This document shows positions 8,644 to 19,800 of a stretch of DNA of 64,000 bases, one piece after another. The notes beneath the pieces were generated by a model. The model searched no databases. It worked only from the letters and a program-made list of their open reading frames with translations, and was not told where the DNA came from. Numbering within the stretch: position 1 is the stretch's first letter; each line of letters starts with the position of its first letter. A program made the translations under genes and the position numbers. This DNA is from Rhodothermales bacterium (GTDB taxonomy: Bacteria > Bacteroidota > Rhodothermia > Rhodothermales > Bin80), in assembly GCA_965216255.1 (NCBI GenBank), contig OZ244148.1, positions 4,907,962-4,971,961 of the forward strand, given 5' to 3'.

Positions 8644-10413
8644 ATGAAGAGCCACGCATCTGAAATTGTGCCTGCAGCAGGCACGTTCGTGGGTCTGGGC
8701 GTGTCTCCGGGCGTGGCCATAGGTCCGGCATATGTGTACGCGCGACCGGAATCCAGCGTCGAGCGCCGGCTGCTTGCCGACGACGAAGTGGAGTCGGAAG
8801 CTGCTCATTTTGAATGGACCATCAGCCGCGCGGAGCGTGATCTGCACAAGATACTGGCCTTGGCCCGCAAGCGGCTTGGTGAGGACGCGGTCGCAATATT
8901 TGACGCACAGCTGCTTATGCTGCGCGACGAAGCCCTGCACCGCGAAGTGGTCGATCGCATACGGGGCGAAAGGCTCTGCGCCGCCGCCATTGTGGACTCG
9001 GTACTCGCGCGGCACCGTGAGCAGATGCAACACAGTGGCAGCGTGTACCTCCGGGAAAGGGCACACGACCTTCAGGATGTTCGGGATCGCCTGCTTTTTC
9101 ATCTGCAGCGCGGCCGGCGCATTTCCGCCATCGAGCCGGGCACCATCGTTGTTTCCGAGGTTTTGACGGCCGCGGACCTGCTTCTGTTCAGCCGCAGCGG
9201 TGTGCTCGGCTGTGCGTTTGATCTCGGAGGAGCCACATCGCATGTATCCATCATGGCTCGTGCCCTTGGCATACCGGCGGTCGTAAGTGCTCACGGCATT
9301 ACCGAGGCTGCCGCACCCGGCGTCCGAATCATCGTCGACGGCGTGGAAGGCGTGGTGGTGGTAGATCCTGCCCCGAGTACGCTGCAGCGCTATGAGGCAC
9401 GCCGCAAGGTGTACCGGCAGTCGGTGCAGGCCGACCAGCAGAATGCCCGCCTTCCTGCAATGACGCGCGATGGTATTGCGATCTGCCTACGGGCCAATGT
9501 GGACATTGCGGAGGAGGTCCACAGTCTTGCCGAGCGTGGTGCTGACGGCATCGGGCTCCTGCGTACGGAGGTCTTTCTGCTGGATGAAGGGATGCCGTCC
9601 CTGGACGAGGAGTCCCAATTCAAGGGCTACCAGCGTGTCGTGCAGGCCGTCAGCCCGGAACCGTCCACTTTTCGGCTCATCGATCTGGGCGGCGACAAAG
9701 TTTTCCCTGAAGCACCGCAGGAGTGGAATCCGCTCTTAGGGTGGCGCGGACTGCGCGTGCTCTTGTCGCGGCCGGATATTCTCATGCCGCAGGTGCGCGC
9801 CATCCTGCGCGCGAGTGCCTTTGGCCCGGCGCGGCTATTGCTGCCCATGGTAACGGGTGTCGCAGAGCTGCGGCAATTCATGGACGTGTTGCGGGATGCG
9901 TCGGCGCAGCTGGAAAACGAAGGCATCCCCCATGACCGGGACCTTCCGGTCGGCATCATGGTGGAAGTGCCCGCCGTAGCCTTGGCGGCGGATGTGCTGG
10001 CGCGGCGCGTGGCCTTCTTGTCTCTGGGTACCAATGACCTGACGCAGTACACGCTGGCCGTCGACCGCGCCAGCGGCCTTGCAAGCACCCTCTACAGCGA
10101 AGTTCATCCCGCCGTGCTGCGACTGATCCAGCTTACCGTGGAGGCCGGTGCCCGGCACGGGAGGTCCGTCAGTCTTTGCGGAGAGTTGGCCGCCTCTGCA
10201 CGGGCCGCGCCCCTGCTCATAGGCCTCGGGTTACGTGAGTTGAGTATTACCCCTTCCGTGATTCCTGAAATCAAGCGTGTGATACGGGGCATATCGGCCC
10301 ATTGCGCGCGCGAGCTTGCTTTGCGCGCGCTGGATGCCGAAGGGCCGGAGGAAGTGGAAGAGCTACTAGACGAATTTCATGCCCACAAATCAACCGGGAA
10401 AGAGATATCATGA
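8644..10413 (+). CDS. ptsI: Phosphoenolpyruvate-protein phosphotransferase (PTS enzyme I)
   Basis: ATG 8644. Phospho-His motif GGATSHVSIMARALGIPAV and a C-terminal PEP-utilising domain (FLSLGTNDLTQY, LCGELA). Confidence 0.9.
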   Translation: MKSHASEIVPAAGTFVGLGVSPGVAIGPAYVYARPESSVERRLLADDEVESEAAHFEWTISRAERDLHKILALARKRLGEDAVAIFDAQLLMLRDEALHREVVDRIRGERLCAAAIVDSVLARHREQMQHSGSVYLRERAHDLQDVRDRLLFHLQRGRRISAIEPGTIVVSEVLTAADLLLFSRSGVLGCAFDLGGATSHVSIMARALGIPAVVSAHGITEAAAPGVRIIVDGVEGVVVVDPAPSTLQRYEARRKVYRQSVQADQQNARLPAMTRDGIAICLRANVDIAEEVHSLAERGADGIGLLRTEVFLLDEGMPSLDEESQFKGYQRVVQAVSPEPSTFRLIDLGGDKVFPEAPQEWNPLLGWRGLRVLLSRPDILMPQVRAILRASAFGPARLLLPMVTGVAELRQFMDVLRDASAQLENEGIPHDRDLPVGIMVEVPAVALAADVLARRVAFLSLGTNDLTQYTLAVDRASGLASTLYSEVHPAVLRLIQLTVEAGARHGRSVSLCGELAASARAAPLLIGLGLRELSITPSVIPEIKRVIRGISAHCARELALRALDAEGPEEVEELLDEFHAHKSTGKEIS

Positions 10414-11444
10414 CCCGCGAGGAAATGCAACGTATAGATGCCGACGACATGTATGGGGCGGTGCTGGATTTCCCCATCCAGTTGCGCCGCGGGCGCGAGC
10501 GTGCCTGCGGCGCAGGCCTGGGCAGCCTGAGGGCACAGGGACATACCGGCATCGTGGTGCTGGGCATGGGTGGCTCGGCCATCGGCGGTGACCTTTTAAG
10601 GACCCTTGCTACCGGACGGATCCCCGTCACCGTGTTCCGTGCATACAGCCTTCCCGCCTGGGTGGGCGCAGATACGACGGTCATAGCGTGCAGCTATTCG
10701 GGCAACACGGAAGAGACGCTGACGGCCCTGGATCAGGCCATCAGCCGCCATGCCGCGGTAGTGTGCATGACAACCGGTGGCGCAATGGCCGATATCGCGG
10801 TGGCAAAGGGCCTTCCGATGGTAGCGTTGCCTGCTGGCCTGCAGCCGCGGGCTGCGCTTGGCTATTCACTGACCGCGATTCTTGCCGTGGGCGAGCACCT
10901 GGGGGCCGTAGAGATGGCAGACGGCGCATGGGAAGAAGCCATTGATGTGGCCTCCGAGCAGGCGGCCCAATATGCGGCAGACGGCAGTGAAGCGTGGCAG
11001 ATGGCGCGGACGCTTCAGGGGCTCTTTCCTGTAATCTATAGCAGTCAGCGCCTCGAGGCAGCAAACCTGCGCTGGCGCAATCAGCTACATGAGAACGGCA
11101 AGACGTTTGCGGTGGGCAACCTGCTTCCAGAGATGAACCACAACGAGATCATGGGTTGGGACCGCGGGCAGGCCGAGCTTCAGAAGCTCGGCGTCATCGT
11201 GCTGCGAGACCGGGATGATCACCCCCGCACGCGGCGCCGCATGGACGTAACGCGGGAGTTGCTCCAGCCCCTGGCGGGTGCATGGATAGAGATGCACAGC
11301 AGGGGAGAGCGTCCTTTGGCGCGGCTGCTGTCGCTCTTGTATCCCAGCGACTGGGTGAGTCTGTACCTAGCCCTGCTTCACCGCGTGGATCCCTCGCCCG
11401 TCGGCCTAATCAGCACGCTGAAGGCGGCGCTGGCGGATGCGTAG
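10410..11444 (+). CDS. SIS-domain bifunctional phosphoglucose/phosphomannose isomerase family protein
   Basis: ATG 10410 overlaps the ptsI stop (ATGA). SIS motif VVLGMGGSAIGGDLL, a second SIS half (YSGNTEETL) and a C-terminal NHNEIMGW region typical of the bacterial PGI/PMI family. Confidence 0.7.
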   Translation: MTREEMQRIDADDMYGAVLDFPIQLRRGRERACGAGLGSLRAQGHTGIVVLGMGGSAIGGDLLRTLATGRIPVTVFRAYSLPAWVGADTTVIACSYSGNTEETLTALDQAISRHAAVVCMTTGGAMADIAVAKGLPMVALPAGLQPRAALGYSLTAILAVGEHLGAVEMADGAWEEAIDVASEQAAQYAADGSEAWQMARTLQGLFPVIYSSQRLEAANLRWRNQLHENGKTFAVGNLLPEMNHNEIMGWDRGQAELQKLGVIVLRDRDDHPRTRRRMDVTRELLQPLAGAWIEMHSRGERPLARLLSLLYPSDWVSLYLALLHRVDPSPVGLISTLKAALADA

Positions 11445-11506
11445 CGTGCAAATGGTGCGCCACGCGCCTGCGTAGGGGGAACGGGGCTTTCCTGCCCGGC
11501 GTTGCC

Positions 11507-14476
11507 ATGCGGAGTATGACCGGACGGTCCATGGTTCTGCGCGTTCTGCTTATCGTTCTATTCATCAGTGCGGGATTTGAATGGTCCTCCAGCGCACAGT
11601 ACAATTTTCATTTCGGGCGCAATAAGATCCAGTACAAGGATTTTGACTGGCGCGTGCTGGAGACGCAGCATTTCGACATCTATTTTTATCCGGAAATGAG
11701 CGAGCTGGCCGAGCATGGTGCGGCGTTCGCGGAAGAGGCATACAAGGAGCTGCAGAACCGCTTCCATTTTTCCTTCAATCATCGCACCCCCATTGTATTC
11801 TATGCGTCCCAGCTGCATTTCAAGCAGACGAACATCACAAGCGGATTCATTCCCGACGGCGTCGGAGGCTTTTTTGAATTCCTGAAGGGACGCGTGGTCA
11901 TTCCCGCCAACGGCGACCTGCATCGCTTTCGGCGCGTGGTGCGCCACGAAATGGTGCACGTCTTCACGCTTAACAAGCTGATGCGGGTCTATCGCGACCA
12001 CCGTATCGTGGCCGACCGTCTGCTGCCCCTCTGGTTCACCGAAGGCCTCGCGGAATACTGGTCGGGAGAGCCCGACTACCAGCATGAAATGGTGATGCGC
12101 GACGCCATTTTTGCCAACTATCTTGTGCCGCTGGAGAATATTTACCGTGTCAATGGCACGTTTCTGATGTACAAGGAGGGGGAGGCGCTGTGCCGGTTCA
12201 TCGCGCGGACGTATGGTGAAGAGAAGCTGCTGGACCTTGTGGAGCATGCATGGGTGGACCGGGATTTTCGCAAGGTGATGGAATTCACGCTGCGGGAGGA
12301 TTACAAGACCATTAGCAGCCGGTGGCAGCGCCATCTGCGCCAGAGTTATTATCCCAAGCTTGATGATGCTGAGATCCCCACCGTGCTCGCAGGTGGCCTA
12401 GCCGTACGGGGTTTCAGTTCGAAGCCGGCCTTTTATCAATCGCGCGACGGGCGCCGTCATGTCTACTACGTGGGTAACAGGGATGGCTATACCAACGTAT
12501 TCAGCGTGGAGTTGGACTCGCTATACCGTCCGCAGCAGAAGTCCCGCATTCTCGTCCGGGGCGAGCGGGATGATCAATTCGAGGCCTTTCACCTCTTCGA
12601 GAGCCGTATCAGCGTCTCGGGCGACGGGTGGCTGGCATTCGTGACAAAAAGCGGCAAGAACGATGTGATACACACGTATGACCTGGAGAAGGGTGAACTG
12701 GGGCCAACCTATGGATTCGACGACCAGATAGCTGTGTATTCTCCGACGTGGAGCCCGGACGGAAGCCGCCTGGCCTTCTCTTCGATCGGCCAGAGCGGAT
12801 TCATTGATCTCTATGTTTATGACACCAAGCAGGACGCGCTGCAGCGGCTTACGAACGATGCATACGACGAGCGCGACCCGACGTGGAGCCCAGATGGCCG
12901 GGCCATAGCCTTTTCGAGTGACCGCACGTCGGTAGGCCGGGATGGTGCCTACAATCTGTTCACGTATGACCTGGAAACCGGAGCCATAGACTACGTTACC
13001 TTCGGCCGCCATCGCGACTTTTCGCCGCGATGGAGCCCGGACGGTAAGCAGCTTGTATTTACCAGCGCGCGGCGTGATTCCACGGGGCGCTTCGGCGGTC
13101 AGGACATCTTCGTGGTGGACGCAAGTGCGCCGCCGCCCCAGGTCGCGCGCGATAGCATAGGCACGTCCGGCACGCGCGTACGTTCGGCGGCAGCGACCGA
13201 GCGCCGGCTAACAGAGTGGACTACGGCCGTCTTCGATCCGGTATGGACCACGGACGACAAGATGGTCTTTACCTCGTTCGAGAACTACCGTTTCACCATC
13301 CGGGCCCTGGGCGGAGTTGATTCGCTGATTTCCAGCCCCCGGCATTGGCAGCCCGTACGGCCCGTTGCGGGCAGCGCCTGGGCCTTCGACAAAATTGAGA
13401 ATCAGGCGCGAAAGCGGCCCTATCCGTACAAGAAGCGCTTCGGCCTGGATATTGCGCAGGGCCAGGTCTCGAATAATGCCGTGTGGGGCACAAGCGGGGG
13501 GGCCGTGCTTTCCGTGTCCGACCTTCTGGGCAACGACCGGCTGTACTTCCTGATGTACAATACGTCGCACTACGGCGGCAGTGACAGCTTCCTCCGAAGT
13601 CTGAACGTGAACATTTCGCGCGTGCAGTTGCATCGGCGGGCCAATACAGGGTACGGGGTGTACCGATACGGTGGGCTTAGGTACGACATCACTGATCCAG
13701 ACGCGTCCGTGGAGTTTCCCCGATTCTGGGAACAGATATATGGCGGCTTTGGCGTCGTCAGCTATCCGATCTCCATGTTTCGCCGGATTGAATTGGGTAC
13801 GTCCCTGAGCTGGGATCGCAAGCAGATCCCGGAGCGCAGGATCGATCGGGTGGCGTATTTGCTATCCAATTCCGTATCTCTGGTGCACGATAATGCACTC
13901 TACGGGTTCAATGGCCCGGTGGACGGATGGCGCGGTGAACTCAGCGCGGCTTACACGACGGACATCAGGTATTCCAATGTCAATTACGTCAGTGCGCTAG
14001 GCGACGTGCGCCACTACCTTAGGCTGAGGCGGCATCTGACGTTTGCCTCCCGCGCCATGGCTCGCGTCAATCACGGACGGGAGGCCCGCCTGTGGTTCAT
14101 GGGCGGCAGCTGGGATCTACGGGGTTTCCCCATGTTTGACGTGCGGGGCAAGAAGATGTGGTTTACTTCCCACGAACTGCGCTTCCCTATCGTGGAGCGG
14201 CCGGCCCTTCACGTGCCGGTGCTGGCCGTCCTCGGCATAGTCAACCTTCGGGGTGCCCTGTTCTTCGATGCGGCGCACGCCTGGAACGGAGCGTACCGGC
14301 AGCGTATTCCCCAGATTTTTGCAGGTGAGACGCTGGGAAGTACCGGCATCGGCCTTCGACTGAACCTCTTTGGCGGATTTGTCCTGCGGTATGATTTTGG
14401 GTATCGATTCCGGGAAGGCTTTTCGCGTCGTGACCCGGGAGTTTTCCGCCAGTTCTTTTTTGGGTTCGACTTTTGA
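11507..14476 (+). CDS. Outer-membrane protein: Peptidase_MA_2-like metalloprotease domain + PD40/TolB-type beta-propeller + C-terminal beta-barrel
   Basis: Signal-like N-terminus from ATG 11507. HExxH (VRHEMVHVF) plus WFTEGLAEYW. PD40 repeats (YSPTWSPDGSRLAFSS, DPTWSPDGRAIAFSSDR, FSPRWSPDGKQLVFTSAR). The C-terminal region of about 350 aa has alternating-hydrophobic strands and ends FFFGFDF. Confidence 0.7.
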   Translation: MRSMTGRSMVLRVLLIVLFISAGFEWSSSAQYNFHFGRNKIQYKDFDWRVLETQHFDIYFYPEMSELAEHGAAFAEEAYKELQNRFHFSFNHRTPIVFYASQLHFKQTNITSGFIPDGVGGFFEFLKGRVVIPANGDLHRFRRVVRHEMVHVFTLNKLMRVYRDHRIVADRLLPLWFTEGLAEYWSGEPDYQHEMVMRDAIFANYLVPLENIYRVNGTFLMYKEGEALCRFIARTYGEEKLLDLVEHAWVDRDFRKVMEFTLREDYKTISSRWQRHLRQSYYPKLDDAEIPTVLAGGLAVRGFSSKPAFYQSRDGRRHVYYVGNRDGYTNVFSVELDSLYRPQQKSRILVRGERDDQFEAFHLFESRISVSGDGWLAFVTKSGKNDVIHTYDLEKGELGPTYGFDDQIAVYSPTWSPDGSRLAFSSIGQSGFIDLYVYDTKQDALQRLTNDAYDERDPTWSPDGRAIAFSSDRTSVGRDGAYNLFTYDLETGAIDYVTFGRHRDFSPRWSPDGKQLVFTSARRDSTGRFGGQDIFVVDASAPPPQVARDSIGTSGTRVRSAAATERRLTEWTTAVFDPVWTTDDKMVFTSFENYRFTIRALGGVDSLISSPRHWQPVRPVAGSAWAFDKIENQARKRPYPYKKRFGLDIAQGQVSNNAVWGTSGGAVLSVSDLLGNDRLYFLMYNTSHYGGSDSFLRSLNVNISRVQLHRRANTGYGVYRYGGLRYDITDPDASVEFPRFWEQIYGGFGVVSYPISMFRRIELGTSLSWDRKQIPERRIDRVAYLLSNSVSLVHDNALYGFNGPVDGWRGELSAAYTTDIRYSNVNYVSALGDVRHYLRLRRHLTFASRAMARVNHGREARLWFMGGSWDLRGFPMFDVRGKKMWFTSHELRFPIVERPALHVPVLAVLGIVNLRGALFFDAAHAWNGAYRQRIPQIFAGETLGSTGIGLRLNLFGGFVLRYDFGYRFREGFSRRDPGVFRQFFFGFDF

Positions 14477-15582
14477 AGCTGGCAATCGACAAGATTCTGG
14501 GCAGTGCACTCGGGCTGCTTCTCTTGGCAGGCGGGTGTAACACGCTCAAGGTGGATCACTGGGAGGCCGAGAGAGAGCGTGGCGAAGCGCTGGTACCGCC
14601 GCTTGAACTGGCCTGGACATATAATGCCGGAGCCGGGTTCGGGCCGGGTGCACCGCATCTGATGGGCGACGTGGTCCTGGTAGGCACACGTAGGGGCGAG
14701 GCGCATGCCATCGGCCTAGAGAGCGGAAAGCGGCTGGGGCTCAAGCGTTTCGGTGATGTGATTGAATCCACGCCACTGTTCATCGGAGGTGACATGGTCG
14801 TGCCCGTGGCATGGGGACGGCGTGCCCTCGTCAGCTATGACCTTCAGCAGGGCAGGACAAACTGGGCACGCAGGGGAGCCTTGGTTGCAGCCGGCCTGCT
14901 CGCCCTGGAAGACGGCTTTGTAGCCGTCGACGGCGACGGCGTCGTGCGCCGTTATTCCGCGCAGGGGGAGGTACGCTGGGAGCGACGCCCGGGCGGCCTT
15001 ATCCGGAGCCGGCCTGTTCTTGTGGATGGCCGCGTCATTGTGGCAGATGAACAGGGGCTGGTTACGGCGTTGGACACTGAAAGCGGCTCCAGGCTTTGGG
15101 AGCGCAGCCATGTCGGGCCTGTGTACGCGTCCATGGCGGTATTCGGGAGCCGCCTGGTAATTCCTACCACGAGGGGGAAGGTTGTATTCCTCGAAGCCTC
15201 GACCGGAGGCGAGCAGAACGTGTACCATACTCCGGATTCCACCGTACGATACAGCGAGCCGGCCGTGGATGGGGCCATGATGGCAGTTGGCGGATCGGAT
15301 GGTTCACTCATCGCCTTTTCGCAGATGCAGCAAGAGCCGGTATGGAAGTTCAGTGGCCCCGACGCGTTTGCCAGCGCGCCCGTGGTGGCGGAGACGCATG
15401 TGTTTGCCGCCAGCATGGGCCGGATGCTATATGCACTCGATCGTGCGTCCGGGAAGCTGGAATGGGAAACGGAGCTTCGAGGCCGCGTAAAATCTGCCTT
15501 GGTGGCCCGCAATGGCCACTTGGTCGTGCTTGCTGAACCGAGATATGTTCAGTTATTCAAATCCGGTAATGCTGCTCCGTAG
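14473..15582 (+). CDS. PQQ-like beta-propeller lipoprotein (BamB-like)
   Basis: TTG 14473 overlaps the upstream stop by 4 nt. Lipoprotein-like signal LGLLLLAGGCNT, followed by repeated G-x-V/L...D..TG/SG...W units typical of BamB/PQQ propellers. Confidence 0.6.
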   Translation: MKLAIDKILGSALGLLLLAGGCNTLKVDHWEAERERGEALVPPLELAWTYNAGAGFGPGAPHLMGDVVLVGTRRGEAHAIGLESGKRLGLKRFGDVIESTPLFIGGDMVVPVAWGRRALVSYDLQQGRTNWARRGALVAAGLLALEDGFVAVDGDGVVRRYSAQGEVRWERRPGGLIRSRPVLVDGRVIVADEQGLVTALDTESGSRLWERSHVGPVYASMAVFGSRLVIPTTRGKVVFLEASTGGEQNVYHTPDSTVRYSEPAVDGAMMAVGGSDGSLIAFSQMQQEPVWKFSGPDAFASAPVVAETHVFAASMGRMLYALDRASGKLEWETELRGRVKSALVARNGHLVVLAEPRYVQLFKSGNAAP

Positions 15583-16321
15583 CCTATTCATCGCGCTCGC
15601 GGGTACGATCCCGTGCATGGGGCAGGACTATGCCTTGGTGCGCCTCGACACCAACTATCCGGCGGCGATGGTCTATGCCGATAGCGTTGCGCTGGGGCCT
15701 GCGCACCGAAAGATGTTCCTCGTGGACCCGGATGCACGTGTACTGCGCCTGAAGGCGGTCGGCGCCTACCGGTGGTCCATTGCCCCCGTGGAAGCTTCGC
15801 TGGGGGTAGGGCCCGGGGATACGGTGGCCGTCAGACTGGATTTTCCTTCGTATCACCGCGTAGAGACCGCCCCCTTCGGTGCCTCAGCATACTGGGTCGG
15901 CGACGGTGGAAGGGTGCTCATGGGTACGACGCCCCTGGTCTTCTCGGCTTTCGGGAAAGGTAGTATAACTGTGGAGATGCCAGGCTATGAGCTGCGGGAA
16001 GTTGCGGCCCGGCAGCGTATCTGGAACAAGTACCGGCTGGATCTTTATGCTGACGACGTTACGCGCGCTGATAGCCAGGGCATCTCTGCAAGATACCGGC
16101 GGCGGAGATGGATAGATTATTCGGCGGCATTGCTGGCCGTAGCTGCCGGCGCCGCTAGCGTACACCACAAGTTCAAGGCCGATAGGCTGGACCGCACATA
16201 CGAGAAGGGTTTTGATCCGGCACTCGTGCCTCGCATTCGAATGTTGGATAACCGCGCGGCGCTTTCGCTCGGCGTTATGCAGGTTGCGTTGGGGACGTTG
16301 GCGCTGCGCTTCATCCTGTAA
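15569..16321 (+). CDS. Hypothetical secreted/membrane protein with PEGA-like domain
   Basis: Signal-like MLLRSLFIALAGTIPCMGQ. PEGA-like segment GASAYWVGDGGRVLMGTTPLVF...ITVEMPGYELREV and a C-terminal hydrophobic helix. The start is uncertain (15545 or 15569). Confidence 0.4.
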   Translation: MLLRSLFIALAGTIPCMGQDYALVRLDTNYPAAMVYADSVALGPAHRKMFLVDPDARVLRLKAVGAYRWSIAPVEASLGVGPGDTVAVRLDFPSYHRVETAPFGASAYWVGDGGRVLMGTTPLVFSAFGKGSITVEMPGYELREVAARQRIWNKYRLDLYADDVTRADSQGISARYRRRRWIDYSAALLAVAAGAASVHHKFKADRLDRTYEKGFDPALVPRIRMLDNRAALSLGVMQVALGTLALRFIL

Positions 16322-16333
16322 CAGAGCCAAGGC

Positions 16334-16870
16334 ATGAATACGCTGGACATATTCATTGTTGTCTGCCTGGGCGTAGGCATCATGCTGGGCCTGCGATCCG
16401 GGCTCATCGGGCAGGTCATCGGCATTGCGGGTGTGGTTGCCGGCATTGCTGTGGGGGTAGCATTCATGGAGATGCTTGGCAGCATGGTTGCCCAAAGCCT
16501 GGGGATCTCTGAGTCCATCGCCCCCATCGTGGGATTCACGCTTGCCTTTGTTGCCGTACAGATTGCCGTGGGTGTCATTGCGCGCATTTTGCAAGGCGCC
16601 GTGGGTGTACTGCATCTCTCCTCCATCAACAGGCTTCTTGGAGGCGCAATCGGTGCGGCAAAGGCTGGCATCGTGCTTAGCCTTCTTTTCTTGGTGCTAG
16701 GCCAAGCCAGTATGCCGGCCATGCAGTCCCGTAGGGAATCTCGCCTGTATGAGCCGGTTTCCAGCGTAGTGCCGCTGGCTTGGGAGTATGCCAGAAAGCT
16801 CTTTCCAGAGCTGGTAGATCTATCGGAAGAGTTTGGAACACGTGCACTCGACCAGATCCGTAAGCCTTAA
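16334..16870 (+). CDS. cvpA: CvpA family (colicin V production) membrane protein
   Basis: 178 aa with the N-terminal MNTLDIFIVVCLGVGIMLGLRSGLIGQV and four hydrophobic helices in the CvpA layout. Confidence 0.7.
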   Translation: MNTLDIFIVVCLGVGIMLGLRSGLIGQVIGIAGVVAGIAVGVAFMEMLGSMVAQSLGISESIAPIVGFTLAFVAVQIAVGVIARILQGAVGVLHLSSINRLLGGAIGAAKAGIVLSLLFLVLGQASMPAMQSRRESRLYEPVSSVVPLAWEYARKLFPELVDLSEEFGTRALDQIRKP

Positions 16871-16882
16871 CCGGAGGCAGAA

Positions 16883-19800
16883 ATGATTCCGGTTACGCTT
16901 AGGCTCAGCAATTTCATGAGCTACGGTGCGCAGGCACCGGTGCTGGACTTCGAAGCCTTTCACGTTGCCTGCCTCTCCGGTAACAACGGCCAGGGCAAGT
17001 CGGCGCTGCTGGATGCGATTACATGGGCGCTGTGGGGGCGTGCGCGAAAGACGACCGGGCGCCAGAACCCGTCACCGGATCTCTTGCGAACCTCGGAGCG
17101 GGAAATGAGCGTCGAGTTTGAATTTGACGCAGAAGGCGAGCGTTACCGCGTGGTACGCACCTATGCGGAATCCCCGAAAGGATCCAAGACCCACCTAGAG
17201 TTACACGGGCGCAGTGCCAGCGACGACACCTACCGGCCGCTGTCTTGCGCTACCATAGCGGAAACGGGTGAGCGCATCACCCGTGTCCTTGGTATCGACT
17301 ATGACACCTTTATCAATTCTGCATTCCTTCTGCAGGGAAGGAGCGACGAGTTTACCAAAAAGGCACCTGGCAAGCGCAAGGAAGTGCTAAGCAATATCCT
17401 TAATCTCGGGCGCTATGAAGAATTGCGCGCTCTGGCTCAGGATCATGTGCGTGAGGCAGTTCGGGCCATTGCGTGGCGGGAGGCCGATATCAACAGACTG
17501 GGGGCCGCCGAGAAAAAAATTCCCGGATGGAAAGCTGAGCAAACCAGGCTCCAGGCGGACGTTTCATTGAAGGAGGCCGAGCGCAGGCGTGCTCGGGAAG
17601 AGGAGCAGGCGCTGGCAGGCCGCGTGCAGAGGCTGGAGAGCCAGCGGCAAGAGGTCAGACACCTGTTAGAGACGTGTCGCAGCGAGGCTGCCCGGCTGGC
17701 GGAGTACGAGGCCGATACATCCCGGTTCAGCGGGCAGATCGCAGCCGCGGATGCCGTCATAAGTTCTGGCCGTGACATCCGGCGTGATTTTGAGCGGCAC
17801 AGGGAGTTGGAGGCGGAGCGTGAGACGCTTACCACGAAATCCGAATTGGTGCGCACATTCGAACAAGAGCGGAATGCACTGCAGCGCGAGTTGGTCGACA
17901 GAAGGCATGCCCTGGAGCGCCATATTGACACGTTGCGGCATGCGGAGCGCAGCCACGAAGCAGAGCTTGAGACTGTCGCGGCAAGGCTGGCTGAAGAGCC
18001 TGACGTGCGTGCGGCGCTGGAGTCGGCGCAAGAGGCTGCAGAAGGGGAGCGGCTACTTCGCAAGACCAAGTTGGAACTGGAACAACTGGACACGCGCATT
18101 GCCCTGGAAGAGCAGGCCGTGCTAGCCGAGCGGCAGGTGCTTGAGCGGGAATGCGAGGTCCTCGGGAGGCGCAGGAGCCATGAGGACGGCGAACGGTTGG
18201 ATCGCACCGCGTTGCTCGCTCGGCGGAAGGAATTGGAGCGTGCACAGTCCACATATGCCACGCTAGATCGCTCCTTGGAATCCCTGCGGGAGCAGGGCCA
18301 GGCCGTATCCACCCGGTATGATGCCCTTGCGGGCGAAATAAGCGCTAGGCGAAGAGACCTTGCCGAAAAAGAGGAGCAGGTAGCGTTCATGGGCAGCGCC
18401 CGGCAAGGCCAATGCCCGACCTGCGGTACGGGTCTTACCCAAGCGCACCGGGAAAAGGTGGAGCGCGAGCTGCGCGGTGGTATGAAGGAGCTTGCAGATA
18501 TACTGGAGAAATCCAATGTCCAGCGAATGAAACTGGGGGCGGAGCGCGCCCAACTCCGGGAGGCCTACGCATCCGGACGGAAAAAGATGGAGGCACTAGA
18601 AGGCGTAGCGGCCGATCTGGCTGCCGTGAATGAACAGTTGAGGCAGGCCGGGCGTGCATGCCAGTTGCTGAGAGAAGTCGCTCGCCAGATTGCCGAAATT
18701 CGACAACGCATTGCGGACAACGACTTCGCGCATGCCTCACGCCAGAAGAAGCAGGAATTGGTGGCGCGGCGCAAGGCCCTGCAGTTTGATCCGGATGCCT
18801 ATGAGCAGATGCGCTCGGAAGCGGTCAGGGCGCCGATGCTCCTAGACCAGATGCGGGCTATTGAAGTGCACCAAAAGCGCAGGAGGCCGCTTCAAGAGGC
18901 ACTGGAGCAGACGCGGGAGCGGCTTCGTCTTAGCCGCCGGCGGATGGAGGATGGCACCACTTTTGGCGAGCTGGAAAAGCAAATACGCGTGCTGTCAGGT
19001 AACATGGAGGCGGTGGGTCTGGATGAAGCGCGCCTTGCGGCAGTACGATCGGAGCTCCGTGCATTGGATGCTGCGCCGCGTCGCATGCTTGAGCTGTCCA
19101 AGGCCGTGGAGGAGCATGCCCAGTGGGAGGAGCGCCGGGCTACCGTGCGGCAGCGGGCCGAAGCGTCCCGCGAAAATCTGCGACGCACAAAGCAGCGCGT
19201 AGCGGATCTCAAGGCCTTGATGGCGGCCGACAGCGGGACCGAAGCCCGGTTGGCGACGGTGCGGACGCACGGGGCGGATCTCGAGGCCGCGCTTGCCGGT
19301 CTGCACGCTGCCTCGGGGCAGATTACGGAGAAGCTCACGCAGGCAGCGGAGGAGGGCCGGCAGCGCGAGCAGTATCAGAAAGAAAAGCTTGCGCTCCAGG
19401 AGCAAAGAGCCCTATATCGACATCTTACGACGGCCTTTGGGAAGCATGGCATCCCGTCGCTGATCATCGAGGAGACCCTCCCCGATATCGAGGAGCGCAC
19501 AAACGAGATTCTTGGCCGCCTGTCGGGCGGCAAAATGCATGTACGTATCGAGACCCAGAAAGCCAAGCAGAAGGGAGGAACGGCAGAAACGCTGGAAATC
19601 AAGATCATTGACGAGCTCGGCCAATATCGAACCTATGAGACCTACTCCGGTGGTGAGGCCTTTCGGGTCAACTTCGCACTTCGCATTGCGCTGTCACAGC
19701 TCTTGGCCGAGCGCAGCGGAGTGCGTGTCCGGATGCTGGTTATCGATGAAGGCTTTGGTACCCAGGATACGCAGGGAGTGGACAACCTTATTCAGGCAAT

